Shown in pieces: positions 32,968 to 42,383 of a stretch of 64,000 bases of DNA (positions within the stretch are counted from its first letter, which is position 1; each line of letters begins with the position of its first letter). The notes beneath the pieces were generated by a model. It saw only the letters and a list, made by a program, of their open reading frames with translations, made no database searches and was not told the origin of the DNA. Position numbers and translations under genes: made by a program. The DNA is from Clostridia bacterium (GTDB lineage Bacteria > Bacillota > Clostridia > Oscillospirales > SIG627), in NCBI GenBank assembly GCA_017439965.1, contig JAFSID010000102.1:26472-90471 (forward strand). The letters run 5' to 3'.

Positions 32968-33060
32968 GTGCAGGACAAGGCGTTGAGGGTGAAAGCTCCG
33001 ACGGAATATTTTCATATTTCGAGGGGCTTGAAGCCCGAAAACAACGCAGTAATGTGCAAA
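32968..33060. repeat. divergent third copy of the intergenic hairpin element
   Basis: Order and spacing match copies A and B: ACAAGGC (32975-32981), hairpin 32993-33029 and AACGCAGTAATG (33043-33054). The hairpin keeps its pairing through compensatory changes. Confidence 0.6.
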
Positions 33061-33076
33061 TTTACGACGGAATTTT

Positions 33077-35140
33077 TTAGTCTTCTACGTCAGCCTTATG
33101 CTCCGCAATAATCTTCTGTGCGATATTACCGGGAACCTCTGCATAGCGAGAAAATTCAAATGTGAAGCTACCGCGACCCTGTGTCATAGCACGGAGCTGG
33201 ATAGCGTAGGTGGTCATTTCGGACTTGGGAACCTCAGCCTCAACGATGGAAATGCTGTGGTCGTGCTCGTCCTGACTTGTGCCGAGAACGATGCCGCGAC
33301 GCTTATTAAGGTCGCCCATAATATCGCCGACGTAATCCATAGGAACGCGTACAGCAAGGTTGCCAACTGGCTCAAGAAGTACGGGTGATGCGTTCTTAAG
33401 ACCTTCCTTGAAGGCGAGGTTAGCCGCAAGCTTGAACGCCATTTCGGAGGAGTCAACGTCGTGATAGGAGCCGTCGTAAAGGTTAGCCTTGAGGTTTACA
33501 ACGGGGAAGCCTGCGAGGACGCCCTTCTGCATAGACTCAAGAAGTCCCTTTTCAACTGCGGGGTGGAAGTTCTTGGGAACGGAGCCGCCGAAGATGGATT
33601 CGGTAAAGGTAAGCCCCTCAGCCTCACCAGGTGCAAATTCAATCTTAACGTGTCCGTACTGTCCGTGACCGCCCGACTGCTTCTTGTGCTTGCCTTCAGC
33701 CTGAACAGACTTCTTTATAGTCTCACGGTAAGCAATCTTTTCCTCGGAAAGCTTAACCGAGGTGCCGAAGCGTGCCTTAAGTTTGGAGGTGAGAACGTCG
33801 AGGTGCATATCACCGAGACCCGAGATAACCATCTGCTTGGTTTCGGCGTTGTTAACGTAACGAAGCGACCAGTCCTCCTCAAGAAGCTTTGAGATACCCT
33901 GGGAAATCTTATCCTCATCGCCCTTTGCAAGAGGCTCGATAGCCATTGAGTAATAGGGAGCGGGGAATACTATCTTGCTGTAACAAATGCTACCCGATAC
34001 CGAAAGAGTATCGTTGGTATTAGCGGAAACGAGCTTTGTGGTAAGACCGATATCACCGCAGACCATTTCGTCGACCTCGGTCTGCTTCTTACCTCTTGCG
34101 CAGATGAGACGGGCAATTTTTTCATCACTGCCGTTGGATGCATTCTTGAGCATCTGGTCCTTCTTCAAAAGGCCGTTCATAACCTTGAAGAAGCTCATCT
34201 TACCAACGAAGGGGTCTGCAACCGTCTTAAAGATAAAGATTGCGGTCTCGCCCTCGGGATCGATTGCGATATCCTCACCGTCAACGCTGAGCTCGTGAGT
34301 TCTTGCAACGGGGCTGGTAAAGGACTTGGAAACCTTGTGGAGAAAATAATCAATACCGTCAAGAGTTACCGCAGAGCCTGAAAATACGGGAACGATGGTA
34401 CCCATCTTAAGACCCGCCTGAAGTGCGTCTGCAATCTCTTCATCGGTGAAGGGCTCATCCTCAAAGTATTTCATCATAAGCTCGTCACTGGTCTGTGCGA
34501 GAGCCTCGAAGAGCATGCTTCTGTACTCGAGAATCCAATCCGCATTGGGATCGGGCACGGGAATTTCCTCAGCCACGCCGTTGTTGTACTTATAAGCCTT
34601 AACGTCGATAATATCAACGTAGCCTACGGTTTTATGATTTTCAAAAAGAGGAACGTAAAGAGGACAAATGCTCTGTCCGAAAAGCTCCTTAAGGTTATTG
34701 AGGATAGCGGTAAAGTTTATATTATCCTCGTCCATACGGTTGATAAAGAAAGCGCGTGCAACACCTGCCTGAGCGGCTTCCTTCCATGCAAGCTCGGCAC
34801 CAACCTCAACGCCTGCCTTAGCATCAATGACGATAACTGCGTTTCTCACCACTCTGAGAGCCTGCTTGATTTCCGCATTAAAGTCAAGATAGCCGGGTGT
34901 ATCTATGAAATTAATCTTCTTATTATCGTAAAATACGGGTGCGATGGATGCCGAGATGGACATCTCACGCTTGATTTCCTCGGGATCAAAGTCACATACA
35001 GTGTTTCCTTCAGAAATCTTTCCGAGTCTGTCTGTCTGCTTAGTATAGTAAAGAAGAGCCTCTGCGAGAGAAGTCTTTCCGCTTCCACCGTGTCCCAAGA
35101 GACATACGTTTCTGATTTGTCTTGATAAGATATTCGCCAT
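33077..35140 (-). CDS. elongation factor G family GTPase (EF-G paralog)
   Basis: GGAGG SD before the ATG at 35140 (MANILSRQIRNVCLLGHGGSGKTSL..). The five-domain EF-G layout includes ..DTPGYLDF.. and ..INRMD... Confidence 0.8.
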   Translation of the reverse strand: MANILSRQIRNVCLLGHGGSGKTSLAEALLYYTKQTDRLGKISEGNTVCDFDPEEIKREMSISASIAPVFYDNKKINFIDTPGYLDFNAEIKQALRVVRNAVIVIDAKAGVEVGAELAWKEAAQAGVARAFFINRMDEDNINFTAILNNLKELFGQSICPLYVPLFENHKTVGYVDIIDVKAYKYNNGVAEEIPVPDPNADWILEYRSMLFEALAQTSDELMMKYFEDEPFTDEEIADALQAGLKMGTIVPVFSGSAVTLDGIDYFLHKVSKSFTSPVARTHELSVDGEDIAIDPEGETAIFIFKTVADPFVGKMSFFKVMNGLLKKDQMLKNASNGSDEKIARLICARGKKQTEVDEMVCGDIGLTTKLVSANTNDTLSVSGSICYSKIVFPAPYYSMAIEPLAKGDEDKISQGISKLLEEDWSLRYVNNAETKQMVISGLGDMHLDVLTSKLKARFGTSVKLSEEKIAYRETIKKSVQAEGKHKKQSGGHGQYGHVKIEFAPGEAEGLTFTESIFGGSVPKNFHPAVEKGLLESMQKGVLAGFPVVNLKANLYDGSYHDVDSSEMAFKLAANLAFKEGLKNASPVLLEPVGNLAVRVPMDYVGDIMGDLNKRRGIVLGTSQDEHDHSISIVEAEVPKSEMTTYAIQLRAMTQGRGSFTFEFSRYAEVPGNIAQKIIAEHKADVED

Positions 35141-35262
35141 TTTTGCTTTACCTCCTTCGGTAATATTTGAAAATTTATATACAAATATTATAAAATATTT
35201 GATTATAGATATATTATATAAGAAAATCCTCAACTATTCAATATCTTATTACACTTCTGATT

Positions 35263-35309
35263 GGAGAAAATAAGACCGCACTTTTGGTAATTTTACACAA
35301 AAGTGCGGT
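35263..35309 (-). terminator. rho-independent terminator after the ABC operon
   Basis: 12-bp stem ACCGCACTTTTG / CAAAAGTGCGGT (35275-35286 / 35298-35309). On the minus strand it is followed by CTTATTTTC. Confidence 0.7.
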
Positions 35310-35345
35310 TTAAATGTAACTTTTTTTGTTAGAAATGTTTACGGG

Positions 35346-37619
35346 TTATGATTTTTTGGCAATGGTTGACATAGTTCTTTGAGCAAGAACGAGCGAGGCG
35401 TAGATGCCGTTTTTCCGCATAAGCTCCTCGTGAGTGCCGAATTCGGCAATTTTGCCCTTGTCAAGTACGATAAGCTTGGTGGCATTTCTGAGGGTGGAAA
35501 GGCGGTGTGCAATCGCAAAGGTGGTACGGTCCTTGACGAGAGCGGCAATTGAGTTCTGGATTATCTGCTCGGTCTCGGTATCAAGGGCGCTGGTAGCCTC
35601 GTCGAGTATAAGTATCTTGGGATTGCGGAGAATTGCGCGGGCAATGGCGATCCTCTGTCTTTCACCGCCCGAAAGAGTGTAGCCTCTGTCTCCGACGTAG
35701 GTATGATAGCCGTCGGGTAGCTTCATAATGAATTTATGCGCTCCCGCAAGGCGTGCCGCTCTTATTATATCCTCACGGCTGGCATTCTGGTCGGCATAGG
35801 CAATATTGTCAAGCACGGTTCCCGAAAAAAGAAAGGTCTCCTGAAGCACGACGCCTATCTGACTTCTCAGGCAATGCTGAGAAATATTTTTAATATCAAC
35901 GCCGTCAATCTTAATGCTTCCCTCTCGCACCTCGTAAAGCCTCATAATGAGGTTTATGAGCGTGCTCTTTCCGACTCCCGAGCGTCCGACGATGCCTATC
36001 ATTTCTCCCTTCTTAACGCTGAAGGAAATACGGCGGAGCACGTCCTCTGCCTCCTCGTAGCCGAAGGATACGTTCGAAAACTCGACGTTTCCGTCAATCT
36101 CGAAATCCTCTATCGCGTCCTCGCTGTCCTTGACGTCAACCTCCTCGTCAACTATATCAAAGATATGGCTTACGGCAGTCGAGGTCATCTGAAGTCGGCG
36201 AGGCAGACGTGAAAGCCAGTCAAACGCGTAATAAATCTGTCCCGTGAAGGCGGTAAACATAGTGAGGTCACCGACCGTCATCTCACCGCCGATTATACGG
36301 GTGCCGACAAACGCCATTACGATATAGTTTCCGATGCCTATAATATAGGTCATATAGGGAATTATTTTAGCCCAGGTTATCTCGTTTTTCTCAGAGACCT
36401 CGGCTACCTTCTTTATAGCCTTGTCGTACTTCTTTATCTCCTCTTCCTCCATACCGAAAACCTTTACGACGCGGATTCCCTGAAATACGTCGTGAAGAAT
36501 GGTGTTGGAGTCAGCCTCCATCATCCACTGACGGTGATAAAGCCTATGAGTAAATCTCCATACGCGTCGGGTTATCATCATAATGATGGGCGCGGGAATA
36601 AGGACGAGAAGCGCAAGCCTCCAATTGTAGAGGAACATTGCAACGCCCACGAATAATATTATGAGTGTGTTTTCTATAAGCTGAGGCACGTAGCCCGAGA
36701 AAAACTCGGAAATGTGCATAGTATCACGGATCATTCGGTTGATAAGCTCGCCCGAGGTACGACGTGAGACCGCGGAAATTGACAAAAGCTGAATCTTGTC
36801 AAACAGAAGCGTGCGGAGCTTCTTTACAAGCCTCGTGCTTACAAGCACCAGAATATTTGAACGGATAACCTCAATTACACGGTATACGAGCTGAAGCAGG
36901 GCAAGAAGAATAACGACCGTAATTATGCCCTTGAATATATCCTCCTGTGCTCCGACGTATTCCGACGGCATAAGATATCCGTCAACAAGCACCTTCTGGA
37001 GCGCTGGGTTTGCAATCTTTATAAGGCTTAACACAAAGAACATGGAAAAGGCAACGATTATAAGCGGTATATCCTTTTTGACGATTGCCATAAGCCTTTT
37101 AAAGTTGGATGCGGGCTTGGTGCAGTTATGACAAACGGTAACGCCCTTGTCGTAGGGGGTATGACAGATGGGGCATATACGTCTGTCGGGCTCGTATACG
37201 ATATCGGGAGTGCCCTCTCCGTCATATTCGAGAAGCGCCGAAAGACACCTTGCGGCATCGGTAACGTAAGGGGAGAGAGTCATATCGGTACGGCAAAACT
37301 CAATCCATTCTCCGTCCCTCTCTCCCTCAAGAGAGACGGTGCCGATATTGACACGCGCCTTAAATTCGGTGTAGTCGGCTATTCTGTGCGCCGTAACGCT
37401 CGTTGCATCACCGTTTTTCTCTCCCTCGGTGGCAACGAAAAGCATATCACGGGTAACTCCTACCGCGCCGACGGTATCACGGTTTTCACAATCGAGGTTG
37501 AAGGCAAATTTGAAGAGAAGCTCATCGCTTGAGCTCTGTGCCACCCTGTCAAAAAGGCGTTGGCTCTCGTTGTGCAGTTTTTCACGCTGTCTGCGGCGTG
37601 CTTTTTCAATTTCTTTCAT
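35346..37619 (-). CDS. ABC exporter, fused permease/ATPase, with an N-terminal extension of about 170 aa containing a zinc ribbon
   Basis: 757 aa. Walker A GRSGVGKST, signature LSGGERQR, Walker B ILILDEATS. The N-terminal part has CPICH..14..CHNC (37122-37175). Confidence 0.85.
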   Translation of the reverse strand: MKEIEKARRRQREKLHNESQRLFDRVAQSSSDELLFKFAFNLDCENRDTVGAVGVTRDMLFVATEGEKNGDATSVTAHRIADYTEFKARVNIGTVSLEGERDGEWIEFCRTDMTLSPYVTDAARCLSALLEYDGEGTPDIVYEPDRRICPICHTPYDKGVTVCHNCTKPASNFKRLMAIVKKDIPLIIVAFSMFFVLSLIKIANPALQKVLVDGYLMPSEYVGAQEDIFKGIITVVILLALLQLVYRVIEVIRSNILVLVSTRLVKKLRTLLFDKIQLLSISAVSRRTSGELINRMIRDTMHISEFFSGYVPQLIENTLIILFVGVAMFLYNWRLALLVLIPAPIIMMITRRVWRFTHRLYHRQWMMEADSNTILHDVFQGIRVVKVFGMEEEEIKKYDKAIKKVAEVSEKNEITWAKIIPYMTYIIGIGNYIVMAFVGTRIIGGEMTVGDLTMFTAFTGQIYYAFDWLSRLPRRLQMTSTAVSHIFDIVDEEVDVKDSEDAIEDFEIDGNVEFSNVSFGYEEAEDVLRRISFSVKKGEMIGIVGRSGVGKSTLINLIMRLYEVREGSIKIDGVDIKNISQHCLRSQIGVVLQETFLFSGTVLDNIAYADQNASREDIIRAARLAGAHKFIMKLPDGYHTYVGDRGYTLSGGERQRIAIARAILRNPKILILDEATSALDTETEQIIQNSIAALVKDRTTFAIAHRLSTLRNATKLIVLDKGKIAEFGTHEELMRKNGIYASLVLAQRTMSTIAKKS

Positions 37620-38128
37620 AAGAACAACTCGATTCTTCGATAGCTTTTTCTGTCAAGAGCCTCAAGACTCACTATCTCGTAGCGGTTTCCGTCCTCGTCG
37701 GATACGATGGCACGGTCCTCTCCTATACGGATAATGCTCTTGAAGGTATCTCTTACGGTTATGGTTCTTTCACCGATATCGGTTTTTATATTCCAATAGG
37801 AATTTCCGAACTTTTCCTCAAGCGCCGTTATTGCAAGTATTTTGGGTATAAAATAGCGTCGGTTAAGGTCGTCGTTGATAACCCTTGCAATATCCTCGCC
37901 AAACTCGGCAATATCACGAATCATACCCAGCTCGGTCTTGTCGGAGTCGGTGACGGATATATACTTATCGGTCATATCGTGAGGAAATACGCGGTAAAGA
38001 TATACTCGTATCGGCTCTGCGCCGTCAACACTTGCCTTGATAAAGCCGTTTTCGTTTTTTGTAAATATACAGTTCTCGGGGGTTAAAAATTTTATATCCC
38101 CTACACCGTCAAACACTTTTCTTTCCAT
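37616..38128 (-). CDS. DUF1854 domain protein
   Basis: 170 aa. ..LTPENCIFTKNENGFIKASVDGAEPIRVYLYRVFP.. and its position between two ABC exporter genes match my memory of DUF1854. Its stop shares an ATGA overlap with the downstream gene's start. Confidence 0.7.
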   Translation of the reverse strand: MERKVFDGVGDIKFLTPENCIFTKNENGFIKASVDGAEPIRVYLYRVFPHDMTDKYISVTDSDKTELGMIRDIAEFGEDIARVINDDLNRRYFIPKILAITALEEKFGNSYWNIKTDIGERTITVRDTFKSIIRIGEDRAIVSDEDGNRYEIVSLEALDRKSYRRIELFL

Positions 38129-38130
38129 TG

Positions 38131-40506
38131 TTATTCCTCCACACCGATGACCTTGAGTGCGTCAAGCTGCATCTTATAAAGCTTATAATAGCTTCCCTTT
38201 TTACGTACAAGCTCCTCGTGAGTTCCGCTTTCGGTCATACGGCCGTCCTCAATTACGATAAGGCGGTCTGCATCACGGAGAGTGGAAAGTCGGTGAGCGA
38301 TTATTATGGTTGTTTTATCACGGGTAATTTCGGTAATAGCCTTCTGTATGCGAAGCTCGGTTGCGGTATCCATTGCCGCCGTTGCCTCGTCAAGAATGAG
38401 AATGGTCGGATTCTTGAGTATCGCACGGGCAATGGAAACTCGCTGAAGCTCGCCTCCCGAAAGACTGCGGTAGCCCGTTCCTATCTTGGTATTATAGCCG
38501 TCGGGATACTTGATAATAAAGTCGTGAGCGCCTGCCGCCTTTGCCGCCGCAATTACCTCCTCCATAGAGGCGTCGGGTACGGCGTAGCGTATGTTATCGG
38601 CAATCGTTCCGCAGAAAACGTAGGTCTCCTGAGACACTATTGCAATGCGGTCACGGATGTATTTCGACGGAAGACTTTTTACGTTTACTCCGTCAACGAG
38701 CACCTCTCCGTCCACTGCGTCGTAAAGTCGCATAACGAGATTTACAAGGGTTGATTTGCCCGCGCCCGTATGACCTACGATACCGATGGTCTCTCCGTTT
38801 GAAACCTTGAAGGATACGTTGTCGATAACACGGCGGTTTGGAACGTATTCAAAGCACACGTTACGAAATTCCACCTCGCCCGTCTCCTTCTCGGGAAGTA
38901 TCGGATTTTCGGGCTCGGGTACGTCGGAATGCTTTTCGAGTATTTCAAAGAGACGGCTCATAGCGTTGAGGCACTCGGAAAGCTGATTGGTAAAGCGGTT
39001 GAAAAAGTCGAGTGGGCTGTAAGCCATTGAAAGCATTGAAATATAGGTAACGAGCATACCGTAGGTAAAGGCACCTGAGCCGTCCATCGAGTATTTTACG
39101 ACGAGTATACCGCCAAGTCCCCAAGCCGTCCAGGTGCCAAGCTCAAGCACCGAGGGAATAATGTTGGACAGCCAATGCATCTTTTGTCTGTTCTGACGAA
39201 GAGTATCCGACAGTGAATAGTTCTTATAATTAAATTTCTCCGCCTCAAGCTCCTCCTGAGAAAAAGCCTTGACGACTCTCGTTCCCGTAAGTATATCCGA
39301 AACGAAGGAATTGAAGCTGCGGCGCTTTGAGTAATCGCGTGCGTGAAGCTTTCTCATAATTCTCATAAACGCCCGTCTTACAATAAGAAACACGGGAACG
39401 GGTATCATCGCAACGAGAGATATCTGCCAGTTAGTCGTAAAGAGGATTATAACGACCGCGACCATCTGCACGATATTTATTATGAAATACGGGATACCGT
39501 CAACGAAAAACCAATAAATTGACGTGGCATCCTGATTTATCTGAGTCATTATACCGCCCGACTGTCTCATATTGAAATAAGATAGGGACAGCTTCTGAAT
39601 TGCCGTGAAAATCGTCTTTTTCAAATCGTAGGTAACGTTAGCCGAAATCTTTGCGGTAACGATGGAATGCACCATTGTAAATACCACGGATATAAGCTTC
39701 GTGCCTGCGATAAGTAATATTGCAAAGGCAATGCGTCCGTAAAACTCACCGCCGATATCGAGCACCTCGTCGTAAAAGAAGCGACCGCTTATAAACGGTG
39801 AGAGTATTGACAAAAGAGTTGAAAGCACGACCATTAAAAGAACGGTTGCCGTCTGCTTCTTGTAGCGGTTGAAGAAGGGCATCATCTTACGGAAAAGCGC
39901 CTTGGTATCGAGGTCGCGGAGCTTTTTCAGCTCGTCTCTGCCACCCGGTCCACCCGGACCGAAGCCACCCGGACCTCCGCGGTGTCCACCCTCGGAGTGC
40001 TCACGGGGAGGCTTATCACCGAAGGGCTTGTCTGTTACAGGCTCACCCGCCGTCGCCTTACAAAATGCAAAGGCATCGTTCTTTGCAGAGTTGGTGAAAT
40101 TGGCAACTACGGCATCCTCGCCACTCTCCTTGCCCGTGGCAATAATACGTCCGCCCGAAACCAGCTCCTCAACTCTGAAGGAGTCCCATTCCTCAAGAGA
40201 CCATACCCTTGAGAAGCGCTCGGCAAGTCCTACCTCGCTTCTCTGCTTGGTGAGTGAGGGCTTTTCCTTTTCAAAAATACCGCCGAGCACCTCAAGCACG
40301 GCTACCTCGTCCTCGGTAAGCACAAGCCAGGTATCGCAATATTCAAGCGCGTGACCCATATCGAGTCTTACGGCGGTCTTGACACTTGACGGAAGTATAC
40401 CCTTGCGTTCAAATATTTCCGCTATTTGAGGCGGAAGCATTTCCTTATTCTCTCCCCTCTTATCGCCGTGAGGCTCGGGAGAAAATTTTTCATCGTGTTT
40501 TTTCAT
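38131..40506 (-). CDS. ABC exporter, fused permease/ATPase, with an N-terminal extension of about 210 aa and a Gly/Pro-rich linker
   Basis: AAGGTG SD before the ATG at 40506 (MKKHDEKF..). Walker A GHTGAGKST, signature LSGGELQR. The linker GGHRGGPGGFGPGGPGG is encoded at 39940-39990. Confidence 0.85.
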   Translation of the reverse strand: MKKHDEKFSPEPHGDKRGENKEMLPPQIAEIFERKGILPSSVKTAVRLDMGHALEYCDTWLVLTEDEVAVLEVLGGIFEKEKPSLTKQRSEVGLAERFSRVWSLEEWDSFRVEELVSGGRIIATGKESGEDAVVANFTNSAKNDAFAFCKATAGEPVTDKPFGDKPPREHSEGGHRGGPGGFGPGGPGGRDELKKLRDLDTKALFRKMMPFFNRYKKQTATVLLMVVLSTLLSILSPFISGRFFYDEVLDIGGEFYGRIAFAILLIAGTKLISVVFTMVHSIVTAKISANVTYDLKKTIFTAIQKLSLSYFNMRQSGGIMTQINQDATSIYWFFVDGIPYFIINIVQMVAVVIILFTTNWQISLVAMIPVPVFLIVRRAFMRIMRKLHARDYSKRRSFNSFVSDILTGTRVVKAFSQEELEAEKFNYKNYSLSDTLRQNRQKMHWLSNIIPSVLELGTWTAWGLGGILVVKYSMDGSGAFTYGMLVTYISMLSMAYSPLDFFNRFTNQLSECLNAMSRLFEILEKHSDVPEPENPILPEKETGEVEFRNVCFEYVPNRRVIDNVSFKVSNGETIGIVGHTGAGKSTLVNLVMRLYDAVDGEVLVDGVNVKSLPSKYIRDRIAIVSQETYVFCGTIADNIRYAVPDASMEEVIAAAKAAGAHDFIIKYPDGYNTKIGTGYRSLSGGELQRVSIARAILKNPTILILDEATAAMDTATELRIQKAITEITRDKTTIIIAHRLSTLRDADRLIVIEDGRMTESGTHEELVRKKGSYYKLYKMQLDALKVIGVEE

Positions 40507-40705
40507 AAAATACACCTTAATCACGGTTGTTTCGACATACTTTTCTAAGATAAAGTATACTATTTATATATGTACATTTCAAGAACTTTTGAAAATTTTT
40601 TAAAAAATATTTTTTATTTTCTCAGCTCAGCTATTGCCAAGGCTGAAAAAATATGATAAACTATTTAAGTTATATTGTAAATAAAGCAAAAGGAGTATAT
40701 AGATT

Positions 40706-42313
40706 ATGCTGGAAAAACTTAATTCAAAGCCCACACAAGGCCCCTTAACGCTTATCGTTATGGACGGTGTAGGACTTGGAAAGAAAAATGACGCAAACGC
40801 AATTTACAGAGCCAACACCCCTAACCTTGACAGACTTATGGCAAATTATCCTACCCTCTCTCTCAAGGCTCACGGTACGGCAGTAGGTCTTCCCAGTGAC
40901 GACGATATGGGTAACTCCGAGGTAGGTCACAACGCTATCGGCGCGGGACAGATTTACGCTCAGGGCGCAAAGCTCGTTACCTCCTCCATTGAGTCGGGTA
41001 AGATTTTTGAGTCGGAAACCTGGAAGACTCTTATCGCAGACTGCAAGACGCTTCACTTCCTCGGTCTTTTCTCCGACGGTAACGTACACTCACACATCGA
41101 TCACCTCAAGGCTCTCGTTGAAAGAGCAAAGGCTGACGGCGTTGCAAGAGTAAGAATACACGTGCTTCTTGACGGACGTGACGTTGGTGAAACCTCGGCG
41201 CTTGAGTACGTTGATCCCTTTGAGGAATTTATCGCAGGACTCCGTTCTCCCGATTTTGACGTTATGATCGCATCGGGTGGCGGACGTATGAACATCACCA
41301 TGGACCGCTACGAAGCAAACTGGGATATGGTAAAGCGCGGCTGGGAAACCCACGTTTTAGGTGAGGGACGTCAGTTTGCATCCGCTCACGAGGCAATAGT
41401 TACCTATCGTGAGGAGGGCGGATACAGTGACCAGGATCTCCCCGCATTCGTAATTGCGGAAAACGGCAAGCCCGTAGGTACCGTTGAGGACGGAGACAGC
41501 GTCGTATTCTTCAACTTCCGCGGTGACCGTTCAATTGAAATTTCCAAGGCGTTTGAGGATGAGTCCTTTGACAAGTTTGACCGAGTACGCTTCCCCAAGA
41601 CCGTTTACGCAGGTATGCTCGAGTATGACGGAGACCTTCATATTCCTTCCCGTTATCTCGTATCTCCTCCCGAAATCACCGATACTCTTGGTGAGAAGCT
41701 TGCCGCAGAAAAGATTACTCAGCTTGCACTCTCCGAAACTCAGAAGTACGGTCACGTAACTTATTTCTGGAACGGCAACAAGTCGGGTAAGTACGACGAG
41801 GAAACCGAGACCTATATTGAAATTCCCTCCGACGTCGTTCCCTTTGAGCAGCGTCCCTGGATGAAGTGCGCTGAGATTACCGACACTCTTATCGAGGCAA
41901 TGGAAAGCGGTAAGTACGGCTTTATCCGTGTTAACTTCCCCAACGGAGATATGGTAGGTCATACGGGCAGCATGGAGGCGACCATCGTTTCCATGGAGGC
42001 TCTCGACCTCTGTATCGGCAGAATACTCGAGACCGCCGACAAGCTCGGTGTTGCAGTTCTCTTCACCGCAGACCACGGCAACACAGACGAGTGCCTTGAG
42101 ATAAACAAGAAGACGGGTGAGGTTACGAGCAAGCCTAAGACGAGCCACACTCTCAACCCCGTTCCCTTCATTTTCTACGACAACAATTTCAAGGACAACT
42201 ACACGGTGCTTGACGGCGAGTACGGACTCTCCAACATTGCCTCCACCGTTGTAAACCTCCTCGGCTATAAGGCTCCCGAAAAGTGGGACGCTTCTATGAT
42301 TGAGGTTAAATAA
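40706..42313 (+). CDS. gpmI: 2,3-bisphosphoglycerate-independent phosphoglycerate mutase
   Basis: 535 aa with DGVGLG.., MGNSEVGHNAIGAG, ..DGRD.. and ..ADHGN.. motifs. Confidence 0.93.
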   Translation: MLEKLNSKPTQGPLTLIVMDGVGLGKKNDANAIYRANTPNLDRLMANYPTLSLKAHGTAVGLPSDDDMGNSEVGHNAIGAGQIYAQGAKLVTSSIESGKIFESETWKTLIADCKTLHFLGLFSDGNVHSHIDHLKALVERAKADGVARVRIHVLLDGRDVGETSALEYVDPFEEFIAGLRSPDFDVMIASGGGRMNITMDRYEANWDMVKRGWETHVLGEGRQFASAHEAIVTYREEGGYSDQDLPAFVIAENGKPVGTVEDGDSVVFFNFRGDRSIEISKAFEDESFDKFDRVRFPKTVYAGMLEYDGDLHIPSRYLVSPPEITDTLGEKLAAEKITQLALSETQKYGHVTYFWNGNKSGKYDEETETYIEIPSDVVPFEQRPWMKCAEITDTLIEAMESGKYGFIRVNFPNGDMVGHTGSMEATIVSMEALDLCIGRILETADKLGVAVLFTADHGNTDECLEINKKTGEVTSKPKTSHTLNPVPFIFYDNNFKDNYTVLDGEYGLSNIASTVVNLLGYKAPEKWDASMIEVK

Positions 42314-42335
42314 TTAAAAATCGAATATTAACGCT

Positions 42336-42370
42336 GAAAGCCTCCCACTTTTTGTGGGAGGCTTTCTTCA
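42336..42370 (+). terminator. terminator hairpin between the convergent gpmI and SBP genes
   Basis: 13-bp stem GAAAGCCTCCCAC / GTGGGAGGCTTTC with loop TTTTT. The T-tract (TTCATT) is weak. Confidence 0.6.
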
Positions 42371-42383
42371 TTACAATATATAT

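Noticed and set aside
39940-39990. A DNA-level repeat CCACCCGG(T/A)CC... that looks like a short tandem repeat.
   Set aside because: It is in frame within the ABC transporter gene and encodes the Gly/Pro-rich linker GGHRGGPGGFGPGGPGG. This is a low-complexity coding region, not an independent repeat element.
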